A stretch of 64,000 nucleotides of DNA. Source: the human T2T-CHM13v2.0 reference genome, Homo sapiens. Location: assembly GCF_009914755.1 (NCBI RefSeq), contig NC_060926.1; one strand, 5' to 3'. The position numbers and the translations under genes are program-made. The notes beneath the pieces were generated by a model, which was not told where the DNA came from, made no database searches, and saw only the letters and a program-made list of their open reading frames with translations. Shown here piece after piece: positions 13,318-24,690 of this stretch (position 1 is its first letter; every line of letters starts with the position of its first letter).

Positions 13318-14085
13318 AATAATAGTTAACATTTATTGAGTGCTTACAATTTATCAGACATGGCTTTAGATGTTTTAAATGAATTAACTCAATGTTTATA
13401 ATAACTCAAGAGGATAGAGATAAGTTAGATTGAGTTTCCTAGAAGCAGAGCTTGAGAAGAAGGCTTATGAGGATGTGATTTATTGAAGCAGTACTCTTTG
13501 AGTAACAGTAAGACCATGAAAAAAAGCCAGATGGGAAAAAGAAAGGAGTTATGCTCATACAAGAATGTGGGTTCAAAAGTGGTCTAACTAAACCTTTTAA
13601 AAACAAACAAACAAACAAACAAAAAAACAACAACAACACCTGGAAAATGGTAAATTTATCTAAACTCTACCCTGCTTTGGGTAAAAGAAGCAGGGCTTTT
13701 GTTCCTGTCTAGCAATGGCTGTAGTCCTAAAGGATAGAGTTTTCAAGTGAAAAGAAGAGGAGAGAAGGCCAGGTAATGTCCATGCATCCCAGTGCTAGGC
13801 AGCCTCAATTTCCCAGGGACTCTCCTTATTAAAATGCTCAGTGAGCTGTTAGGGAAAGTACTCAAGCACCACAGCCACTGCGGCACTATCACACCCGCAA
13901 AACTGATAATTGCGCTCTGGGAAACCTGGACAGGGCATCATCAATATCTAATATATTCCTTCATTTTGGAACTCAAGGGCATTGAGGTCCAGAAAACTCA
14001 TGTGATTTACCCAAGGGCACACAGGTAGGAAAAGTAGAGTTAGGATGCAAGTCTTATCAATTTGGCTATAGACCAAGAAGTCTTA
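13318..14085 (-). mobile_element. MIR split by an old MLT1-type LTR (~13415-13945)
   Basis: aacatttattgagtgcttac (MIR), then tttcctagaagcagagcttgaga...gatttattg (MLT1-like), then attgaggtccaga...gatttacccaagggcacacag (MIR core). Confidence 0.55.
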
Positions 14086-16170
14086 TTTCCACATATTAAA
14101 ATGATACAGGTTTTCAAGTTAGCAACCTATTTGTAGAGGTCTTTTAAATCTACTCTGGCAATTACTCATGCATTCATATTGAAAACAAAAGTATCGCAGA
14201 TGTCAGAAAACTCATAAAAAAACTTTTCTTATAGGTAATTCAGGGCGTTGTTGAAAAAACATCAACTTCTTTTTGAAACATGAATTTCTAGCATAGTTGT
14301 TTTGCATTTCTTTTCATTCAGAGCTTCTTTAAAAGTTTGATTTACTTTCTCATGATATGTTTTATTTTTGTTTTATTATTTGAATCATTTTTAAAGTGAT
14401 GAAAATTAATCTATACAGATTTGATTTCCCATTCCAAAATGAAGAGTTTGCCCAGCAAACTGGTTTAAGAAGGAATCCAACATAAATATGTAATTAAGGC
14501 ACTCACAGGCAAGATTTAAAAATTACCACAGTAGGAAATATGCAACGGGAAATAAGCACTTTAAGTTAAGTGATATGTGGTCCTGCCAACAGCAAATAAG
14601 AATTGACATCCTGCAGACCCAGATATTACACTGACTATAATAATAAACATTCATGAATATAGTGTAATGAGCATGAAATTATGAGTTTTAATATGGATAT
14701 GTTACAGCTGAAGTTGGAAATACTTTTTGGGGTAATGGCCCTACATAATTTAAAGATAGCGGTAAACCACAGGCAGTAAAATTCAATTACAGTGACTATA
14801 AGATGCATTCAAACATGCTCCTATGAAGCATAGAATTTCCAGCATCATTTTGCCAATAATGCTTCCTGCAGTTATGGCTGGCCACACTTTTATTCTGATC
14901 ATGTTATTTATGAACATAAGAGAAGAACTGAATGGTTAATGTGGAGATTTAAAAAATGTAATAGTTTATCATAATGATAAAGTATATCTTCAGAAAACTT
15001 ATATGGACTTTGCAAAAATAATCACATCGTTTAAGAAAAGGAGACATAATGAAAGTTATTAATCAGGATCCAGAATCTAACAGGACATGAAAAGAACATA
15101 TGTCAGTGGCAGAGGTAATGTTCAAGGAAGGTAAGAACACGAAGATGGACAAGGCTGGTTAGTGTGTAATTCTGACTGGGACCATTCACCTTCAAAATTG
15201 TCAGACACATTCAGGAGGGAGCAAAAAAATTTTATCTGACATTGTCTCTAAGGAATAGATAGCAACTTAGAGAAATTTTGATTTCATTACTTCAATAAGT
15301 GTCTCTATATTATGTTTCTTAGAAGGAGTCATTTCTCGCTATGTAGTGGATGTAAACTACATTACAAAATGCTAGCATAGCATATCTTTTACAAAGGGAG
15401 TAATTTCGTTTAAGAGTACTTCTTTGGCAAGGAAAATAAAATTGTCCACAATGTATGCAAATTGCATGGAAAGTGTTGATCTGAATGAAATGTTCACACC
15501 CTTAACTGACAGATTATTAGATACTAAGAAGAAAATATATGGTATTATATTTAGCAAATTTACAGGCCATAAAAGGAAAGCACACATTAAGGCTCTGTTT
15601 AGATGATAACATAGCAGGCTACTGAAAAGCTACATAGTAAGTTGTACTACTTTATTTTGCCAGCAAACACTATGCAAGTGAGTGTAAATATTTTTCTATT
15701 GCATACCATTGTCTGTGAGCTATTTTTTAAAAATCGGTCATTACATAGAAAATGCAGCAAAATATTAATCTTATACTTTTCCTCACTACAACCTCCAACT
15801 CCATTCACTAAAATAATAGTCATATATATAACATCTCAGTTAGAATCATCATCATCTTAGTAGCTGTGACTTCTATCATAGATAATGGTAAGGAAGCTGA
15901 AGGTAAGGCTTTTATAGTTTTTGAAAATGTACTGAGCTATTATCATTATACATCATTATGATTAAAATTTTTACTAGTATTTTCTAGGTATCTTTAAGAC
16001 AAAAATGAAGTTAAAAATAAAAAAAACTTTGCCTTATGGCATTAAGATTTGTTGGGAGTCCTGCTTCATTACTTTCTCATCTCTTGAGTTTTTTAATGTT
16101 TTTTTCCCAAGGTTTAATAGAGTTTATTCTTTAGGATAGTTTTATATTTACAGAAAAAACATCATGCAGA

Positions 16171-16902
16171 ACATGTGCCATGTTGGTGTGCTGCACCCAT
16201 TAACTCGTCATTTAACATTAGGTGTGTCTCCCAGTGCTATACCTCCCCCCTCCCCCCACCCCACAACAGGACCCGGTGTGTGATGTTCCCCTTCCTGTGT
16301 CCATGTGTTCTCATTGTTTAGTTCCCACCTATGAGTGAGAACATGCGTTGTTTGGTTTTTTGTCCTTGCGATGGTTTGCTGAGAATGATGGTTTCCAGCT
16401 TCATCCATGTCCCTACAAAGGACATGAACTCATCATTTTTTATGGCTGCATAGTATTCCATGGTGTATATGTGCCACATTTTCTTAATCCAGTCTATCAT
16501 TGTTGGACATTTGGGTTGGTTCCAAGTCTTTGCTATTGTGAATAATGCCGCAATAAACATACATGTGCATGCGTCTTTTTAGCAGCATGATTTATAGTCC
16601 TTTGGGTATATACCCAGTAATGGGATGGCTGGGTCAAATGGTATTTCTAGTCCTAGATCCCTGAGGAATCGCCACACTGACTTCCACAATGGTTGAACTA
16701 GTTTACAGTCCCACCAACAGTGTAAAAGTGTTCCTATTTCTCCACATCCTCTCCAGCACCTGTTGTTTCCTGACTTTTTAATGATTGCCATTCTAACTGG
16801 TGTGAGATGGTATCTCATTGTGGTTATGCAGCCAAAAGACACATGAAAAAATGCTCATCATCACTGGCCATCAGAGAAATGCAAATCAAAACCACAATGA
16901 GA
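16171..16902 (-). mobile_element. Young L1PA (L1PA3-5-like) 3' fragment with 5' inversion (16826-16902 in + orientation); no poly(A)
   Basis: Minus-strand ORFs 16318-16560 and 16579-16842 are near-identical to the ORF2p C-terminus. Orientation flips at tctcattgtggtt|atgcagccaaaagacac. Confidence 0.93.
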
Positions 16903-17140
16903 GACATCTTTTCTTGACACATCTATTCAATATTGAACTGCAGGTTTGGTTCCAGCAGCGACAATTAGGAAAGAAAAAGAAATAAAAGGCACCCAGAGTG
17001 GAAAGGGTGAAGTATAACTATCTTCATTTTCAAATAACATGATCATGAACATTTTACAAACTCCAAAGGAACTCACTAAAAACAAACAAAACTTCTAAAA
17101 TAATAAAGGAATTCAGCAAGGTTGTCAGGTTCAAGATCGG

Positions 17141-17588
17141 TGATTTAATCTGTGGGAGCTACTGTAACAAAATACCACAAACTCGGTGACTTAAAGAAAT
17201 AAATTTATACTGTGAAGAAATAAATTTATTTCTTTAAGTCACCGAGTTTGTGGTATTTTGTAAAATTTTTCTTCCCAAATTTTTGAATCTATATTCATAA
17301 TATATAATGGAGTCTGAGAAGTCCAAAATCAAGGCACTGGCAGATTTGCCTCTTGGTGATGGCCCAGTTTTTGCTTAATAGATAGTGGCTGATTGCTGTG
17401 TCCTTACGTGGTAGAAGGGAGTATGAGTATTTCTTGGGCCTCTTTATAGGGGCACAGATCCAATTCATGACGGCTCTGCCCCCATGACCTAATCACCTTC
17501 TAAAGGTTCCCATCTCCTAATACCATCACCTTGGGGATAGGTTTCAACATATTAATTTTTGAGGGATATAATCATTCAGACTATAGCA
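17141..17588 (-). mobile_element. MLT1A/MST-type MaLR solo LTR containing a perfect internal inverted duplication
   Basis: taacaaaataccacaaact...aagtccaaaatcaaggcactggcag...catgacctaatcacc...taataccatcaccttgggg...cattcagactatagca. Confidence 0.85.
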
Positions 17589-19237
17589 ACTGGTGTATGA
17601 AAATCTAGTCTATTCTGTCTTGTAGTAACGTCCAAGCCAAAAAATGATATTAAGAAAGCATTTCCATTTTAAAAAGCACCAAAAAAATCCTTTAAAGTAA
17701 ATTTAACAAAAGAACTGCAAAACTAAATAAATAGTAAGAGATCCCATGTTGATGGACCAGAAGACTTAATATCATTAAGATGGCAATAACTCCAAATTGA
17801 TTTACGGATCTGAAACAATCCTTATTAGAATCTCAGCTATCTTATATGTAGAAATTGAAATGCTGATTCTAATACTTATATGGAATTGCTACTGACCCAA
17901 TATAGCTAAACAATCTTAAAAAAGAAAAACAAAGTAGATGGGGTTACACTTCCAGAATTGAAAACTTTTTATAAAGCATTAGTAATCAAGACAATGTAGT
18001 ACTAGCATAAACATACATTTAAACATCAATAAAATAAAATTAAGAATCCAGAAATACAATCATGTGTCTACAGTCAACTGACTTCCAACAAGGGTGCCAA
18101 GCCCTTCCATAGGAAAGACATGTTTAAATGGTGGTTCTGGTCAGATAGTCACATGAAAAAGACTGAAGTGTTAATTTTATGTTACACCATATATAAAAAC
18201 TCACTCAAAGTGGATTAAGGACATAAATAGAAGAGTTAAATGATGAACCTATTAAAAATATATAGGGAGAAACCTTCATGATGTTGGATTTGATAATAGA
18301 TTCTTACTTATGAAATCAAAAGCATGGGAAACAAAAAAAACAGATATGTTGGACTTCATCAAAATTATCAACATTCATGTTTCAAAGGACACTATAAAGA
18401 AAGTGAAAATAAAGCCACAGAATGGGAGAAAATATTTGTGGATCATATATCTGATAAGCTAGTCAGAAGACAGTCACAGAAAGTCACGTATTACACAATT
18501 CCATTTATACAAAATGCCCAGAATAGGCATTTCTGGCCATGGAGACCACAAGAAGATTATTGTTTGCTTAGGGCTGGGGAGGAATGGGGAGGTAAAGGGG
18601 TGATAGATAATGCGTACAGAATTTGCTTTTGAAGTTGATGAAAATGCTCTAAAATTGACTGTGTTGGAAGTTCTAGGCAGAGCAATCAGTCAAGAGAAAG
18701 AAATAAAAGGCATCCAAATATAAAAAGAAGAAGTCAAACTATCTCTCTTTGCTGACAATATTATTCTGTATCTACAAAACTCTAAAGATTCCACTGAAAG
18801 GCTCTTGGAACTGACAAACAACCTCAGACTTCAGCAATGTTTCAGGGTACATAATCTATGTATAGAAGTCAGTAGCATTTCTATACGCTGATAATGTTCA
18901 ACCTGAGAGCCAAATCAAGAACACAATCCCATTTACTGTAGCCACACATACACAAAAGTACCTAGGAATACATCTAACCGAGGAAATAAAATATCTCTAC
19001 AAGAACTACAAAACATTGCTGAAAGAAATCATGGAGTATAAGTAAATGGAAAAAAACATTCCACGCTTCTGGATTGGAAGGATCAATATTGTTAAAATGA
19101 CCATATTGCCCAAAGCAATCTATAGATTCAGTGCTACTCCTAGCAAACTGCCAATGTCATTTTTCACAGAAGTAATAAAATCTATTTTAAAATTAATATG
19201 AAATGAAAAACAAGCCCAAATAACCAAAGCAATCCTA

Positions 19238-19240
<3 letters not shown>

Positions 19241-19270
<30 letters not shown>
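19241..19270. repeat. Poly(A)30 expanded inside L1PB
   Basis: Direct reading. Confidence 0.95.
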
Positions 19271-19271
<1 letters not shown>

Positions 19272-20326
19272 CCTGATGCATCGCATTACCCAACTTCAAA
19301 CTATACTATAAGGCCATAGTAACCAAAACAGCATTCTATTGGTACAAAAACAGACACAAGACCAATGGAATGAAATAGCTCAGAAAAAAAGCCATACACC
19401 TAGAGTTATCAGATATTTGACAAAGCTGACAAGAAAATGCAATGGAAAAAAGACTTCCTATTGAATAAATGGTGCTGGGACAACTGGCTAGCCATATGCA
19501 GAAGATTGAAACTGGACCCCCCTCCCTCTTACCATATACAAAAATCAACTCAAGATGGATTAAAGGTTTAAATATAAGACCATAAACTTTAAGAATCCCA
19601 TAAAAAACCTTGGAAATATCATTCTGGACTTTAGTCTTGGGAAATAATTTATGACTAAGTCCCCAAAAGCAATTGCAACAAAAACATAAATTGACAAGTG
19701 TGACCTAATCGAACTACGGAATTTCTTTACAGCAAAAGGAATCCTCAGCAGTGTAAAAAGACAACCTACTGAATGGGATAAAACATTTTCAACCTATGCA
19801 TCTGACAAAGATTTAATATCAACAATCTGTAAGGAACTTAAACAAATCAACCAGAAAAATGCGAAGAACCCAATTAAAAAGTAACCTGAACAGACATTTC
19901 TCAAAAGAAGACATACAAATGGCCAACAAATATGAGAAAAAATGCTCATCATCACTAATCATCAGAGAAATGCAAATCAAAACCATGAGATGCCATTTCA
20001 CACCAGACAGAATGGCTATTATTAAAAAGCCAAAAAAACAACAGATACTGGCAAGGATGTGTTGGAAAGGATACTTATGCACTGCCGGTGGGAACGTAAT
20101 TTAGTTCAGTCACTGTGGAAAACAGTTTGGCGATTTCTCAAACACTATGAGGTAAACTATTATTTGACCCAGCAATCCCATGACTGGGTATATATTCAAA
20201 AGCAAATACATTGTTCTACCAAAAAGACATATGCACTTGCATGTTTATCACAGCAGTATTCACAACAGGGAAGACATGGAATCAACTTAGGTGTCCATCA
20301 GTGGTGGATTGGATAAAGAAAATGCG

Positions 20327-20330
<4 letters not shown>

Positions 20331-20380
<50 letters not shown>
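20331..20380. repeat. (AT)25 microsatellite inside L1PB
   Basis: Direct reading. Confidence 0.97.
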
Positions 20381-20384
<4 letters not shown>

Positions 20385-22346
20385 CATGGAATATTGTGTG
20401 CCCATAAAAAGGAATAAAATCATATGCTTTCCAGCAACATGGATGCAGCTGGATGCCATTACTCTAAGCAAATTAACACAGGAACAGAAAACCAAATACT
20501 GAATGTTCTCACTTATAAGTGGAAGCTAAACAATGGTTACTCATGGACACAAAGATGGCAATGATACAAACTGGAGACTATAAGAGGGGAATGTAGGGGT
20601 AGGCAAAAGTTGAAAAACTAACTTCTGGGTACTCTGCTCAGTTATCTGGGTGATGGGATCAATTGTACCCCAAACTTCAGCATCACACAATATACTCTCA
20701 TAAGAAACCTGCACATGTAACCCCTAAATCTAAGAGAAAAGTTTATTGATTTATAAAATAAAATTGATTGTGGTGATGAGGGCAAATATATGTCAATATA
20801 CTAAAGTTCGTTGTATACTTTAAACGGGTAAATTATTAATTCCATTGAATTGTATAATTCAAATGGGCAAATTATATTGTTTTTAAGTTATATTTTGATA
20901 ATGCTGTTTGAAAATAGTAGATAAAGAAAAAATAACATAGCACATTTTTACAATTTGAAAATTTATACTTGTATCCAAATTTGGTAGGAGCACTAGAAAG
21001 AGACAAAATTAATTATAGTTGATTTAGTAAATTACACCATTGCATGAGGATTACCATTAACAAAATTACTGAGAGACAATAAAATTCAAAACTAAATAAT
21101 ATCAGAGTTTATCACAAAAGAGTCATCAAAGGTTTTAACTGGAATTACTGGGTAGAATTATACTGTGCAGTCAAAAAGGATATTAGAGTCCGAAGAGTTT
21201 ATGTTAGAAGCTTCTACTCTTAAACCCAGGGTGATATCATTCAATCTACTTTTCTGAGCCACAATACCTATGCGGTAAAAGGCATCAGCAAATTTTAAAC
21301 TATAAAACACTAGAAATGTGAAAGATGTATTAAACCTAAGGGATAGAGTCGAATTCTAAGAAGTGCATATTTCATCAAGTATTTATCCTGGAAAATTACT
21401 GACTACCTTGGAGTTTTCTAAATCTCACCACAGGATTGCTTCATCTTTAAAATGTTTGGTTAGCATGCCAATAAATGCCAAGCCAAATTTCACACAATCT
21501 TCTTTTATTTCTTTTCCTTCTGAGTAGGAGAAGCATGTTATTGTGCTGGCATTAACTTGTGACATGCTTGAATTTAAAATAGAATGTCTGTAAACTGAAA
21601 CTTTACTATCACTTTTCTGTTTATGCTGACTCTTCATCACCTTTGACCTTTAACCCTGTTGACTTCCTGAGTAAGACACTTTTTATTGCATAGAATTAAC
21701 ATCTTCTTCCTGTTATTTTCAAACTTGTGAGTAGTTATTAAATGTGTAAAATAACCATCAAGGAAAAAATCATTAACAAGAAGAAAGACAGGTTGACCAT
21801 TTATAGCATTTAGGACTCTATGTTAATTAAATTAACTAGGACCTGTGCATACTACAGTAGAATCCCTTAGTGATTCTGTTGTGATAAAAGAGCAACTGCA
21901 GAGCCAGGCTAACTCTAATGAAGCTGTATTTTACAATATTACCGTTAAAATATTTGACAGAACATAATTATTTTTCTAATAATTTAATTTTTTCCTCCAG
22001 GATATGAGAGTAGTCCATAATATAACATAATTATTCTTATAACATATGAAAAACTTGTTTTGTTTTCAAACTCCTGTCAGACATTAAGATTTGAAAACAT
22101 ATTTTTGATGCCCTCTTAAAATTAAATCATAGTGAAATGGTTTTGCCCAACTTCTACAAATTTAGGAAAATATTAACCAAAGATTATGCATTCTTTGCAG
22201 TGCATGCATTATGTTTGTGGAAGAAGGAGCTTGAATAGGCTTATTATTAACTGGCTTTTGAAGCCTTGTGACTGAGAGTCAGAAAACTTTGATTTAATGA
22301 GGCTACATAAATTACATAAGTAAAGTAATAAGAAGCTCTGTCTTTG

Positions 22347-22515
22347 CTGAGTGTGGTGGTGTGTGTCTGTAGTCCCAGCTACAAAGGAGCTGAGGCTGGG
22401 GGATCCCTTGAGTTCAAGAGTTCAAGGCTGCAGTGAGTTATGATTGAACTGCTGCACAAAACAACAGCAACGACAACCAAAAACAAAAAACAAAAACAAA
22501 CAAACAAAAAAACAA
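22347..22515 (+). mobile_element. Alu monomer fragment (AluJ/FLAM/FRAM-like) with CA/A-rich tail
   Basis: gtggtggtgtgtgtctgtagtcccagctac...gagttcaaggctgcagtgag. Confidence 0.8.
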
Positions 22516-22835
22516 CCGGGGGGTATGCTGGCTCATTCCTGTAATCCCAGCACTTTGGGAGGCAGACACCAGAGGCTCCCACGAGGCCAGAATTTTGAGA
22601 CCAACCTGGGCAATACAGCAAGACCCCATCTCTACAATTTTTTTTTAATAGTTGGTGTGATGATGTACATTTTAGATTAAGCTATTTGGGAAGCTGAGGC
22701 AAGAGAATCTTGAACTCAGGAGTTCAAGGCTGCAGTCAGCTACAATTGTGCCACTCTACCCCATGCTGGATAACAGTACAAAATAGTGTCTCAAACACAA
22801 AAAAAAAAACCCAAGAAACAAAGAGACAAAAAAGA
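22516..22835 (+). mobile_element. AluJ (diverged, dimeric)
   Basis: ggctcattcctgtaatcccagcactttgggagg...aggagttcaaggctgcagt...gtctcaaa. Confidence 0.85.
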
Positions 22836-23939
22836 AAGTCTTTAACCTATATCTGAGATTATTTTTTAAAAGTTTAAACTCACTGAACACTTCAGGTTAT
22901 TTCCTTTATACTTCTTTTGAGTGACATGTAGATTTTACTGTATTATTGTAATATTTATGTAAGTTGATATTAAATTATATTTAAATTTTCATACTTATAT
23001 TAATGTAATGAGAAATACTCTAAATCATTACTTTAAAACTTCTCAAGGCCATCAAAGAAAGTGGATATTCAACTCATTCTATTCATTCTTCCTTCCCTGT
23101 AAAAAATACTTTTTTATAGGTTAGAAGAAAAATGTGCTTGGGCCCCACCTGCTCACACTGTCTCCAGTACTGAAGCAGTAGCAAAATTTTAGAGAAAGAG
23201 AAAAAGTGCTATGGATAATCAGATGTTTCCTATTAGTGTTTTTTATGTGTTGAGGAATTTATTCAGCCAATATCATTAAAAAATATATTGACAAAATCTT
23301 CCTCAATTGCTTCCCTTCTCATAAAATATTTATTAAGATTATTGTTATTAATTATATTATTCCATGTTCTTGTTTTTTTTTATTTATCAGGTCACCTCTC
23401 AAATAATTCCATTAAGTGTACTTACACTAACACTTCGCCTTCAGCAGAAATCCAGAAGGAAGACACTTCCTTTATTTATGGATAAATAAAAAATTACATT
23501 AATACAGACCTTAAAAAATGTAAGAGCTTATCAATATTCACTAAATCAATTTATGCTCACAATAATTTATGGTGTAGAATGACTGACAAGAGAAGAAATT
23601 CACATTAAATATGAACTTGTATGCTATGACAAGGAGGGAGAATTTTAAAGGTGATGGGACTAAGCCTCAGGTTTTTTTCCAGGTTTATTCAGGTATAATT
23701 AACAAATAAAAATTGTATATATATTAAGTTATACAACATGATATTTCGATATATGTATACATTGTGAAATGATTACCACACACAAGCTAATTAACATTTC
23801 TGTCTCCTCACACAGTTATGTTTATTTATTTATGTATTCATGTTGGTGAGGAAGATTTACTCTCTGAACAAATTTTAAGTATACAATACAGTATTGCTAA
23901 CTGCAGACATGCTGCATATTGAATCTCCAGAACTCATTT

Positions 23940-24415
23940 TGATGCAGGACAGATGAGCCCCAAAATCGGGGCTTGGCCTGGGAGGGTTCTTGACTTTACT
24001 CAGGAAAATATTCAAGGGTGAGCCAATGGTGTTAAACAGCAACTTGTATTGAAGCAGGAGTGTGCAGCAGTAGCAGAGGTACTGCTTCTTGCAGAGCAGG
24101 GCTACTCCATAGTCAGTGTGCCCAGAGTAGCAGCTCAAGGGAAATACTGCACTCATATTTATATACACTTTTAATTACATGAAAATTAAGGCACAGTTTA
24201 TTCAGAATTTTCTAGGCACAGTTTGATATTTCCAGGTTGTTACCATGGAAAGGAGTGGTAACTTCTGGGTGTTGCCATGGCAATTGTAAACTGATATGGC
24301 ACTGGTTGGCATGAGGTTGGCAAGAGGTGCTTTCACCTCTTCCATTTCAGCTAGTCTTCAATTTGGTCTGGAGTTTGAGCCCCAACTCCAGAGTCTAGTC
24401 CTGCCACCTACCTCA
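23940..24415 (-). mobile_element. ERV1 MER4-group solo LTR (MER66-like) inserted in L1MA
   Basis: TG...CA termini (tgatgcaggacagatgagccccaaaatcgggg...cctacctca) and 4-bp TSD attt. Subfamily and strand are tentative. Confidence 0.7.
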
Positions 24416-24663
24416 ATTTATCTTGTATAACTGAAACTTCTCACCATTTAACCAATATTTTCCCATTAGCCCCAACCCCCAACTTCTGATAACCACTCTT
24501 CTACTCTATTTTATTACTTTTTTAGATTCCAAATATAAGTGAGATCATGCAGTATTTGTCTTTGTATATCTGTCTTATTTCACTTAGCATAACGTCTTTC
24601 AAGATCATTCATACTGTTGTAAATGGCAAGATTTCCTTCTCTTTTAAGGATGTAAATTCCATT

Positions 24664-24690
24664 TGTGTGTGTGTGTGTGTGTGTGTGTGT
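24664..24690. repeat. (TG)n microsatellite
   Basis: Direct reading. Confidence 0.95.

Larger units (their letters stand above)
18664..20759 (+). mobile_element. 5'-truncated L1PB-type LINE-1 (ORF2 RT/C-terminus plus 3'UTR)
   Basis: ORF2 remnants (tttgctgacaat = FAD motif; [15 protein letters not shown]) and an L1PB-like 3'UTR. TSD aaaattga(c/t)tgtg at 18651-18663 and 20760-20772. Confidence 0.9.
16905..20915 (+). mobile_element. Old L1M (L1MB-like) ORF2-3' fragment hosting an MLT1A LTR and an L1PB insertion
   Basis: Diverged ORF2 motifs (ctattcaatattg, gaattcagcaaggttgtcagg, ATEWEKIF..HISDK) and 3' motif gatgaaaatgctctaaaattga..gtggtgat. Confidence 0.75.

Noticed and set aside
21985-22060. 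Isolated polypyrimidine-AG acceptors in unique DNA (also ~4023, ~29449, ~30300, ~44986)
   Set aside because: No convincing coding exon or matched donor; such motifs are common by chance in AT-rich DNA
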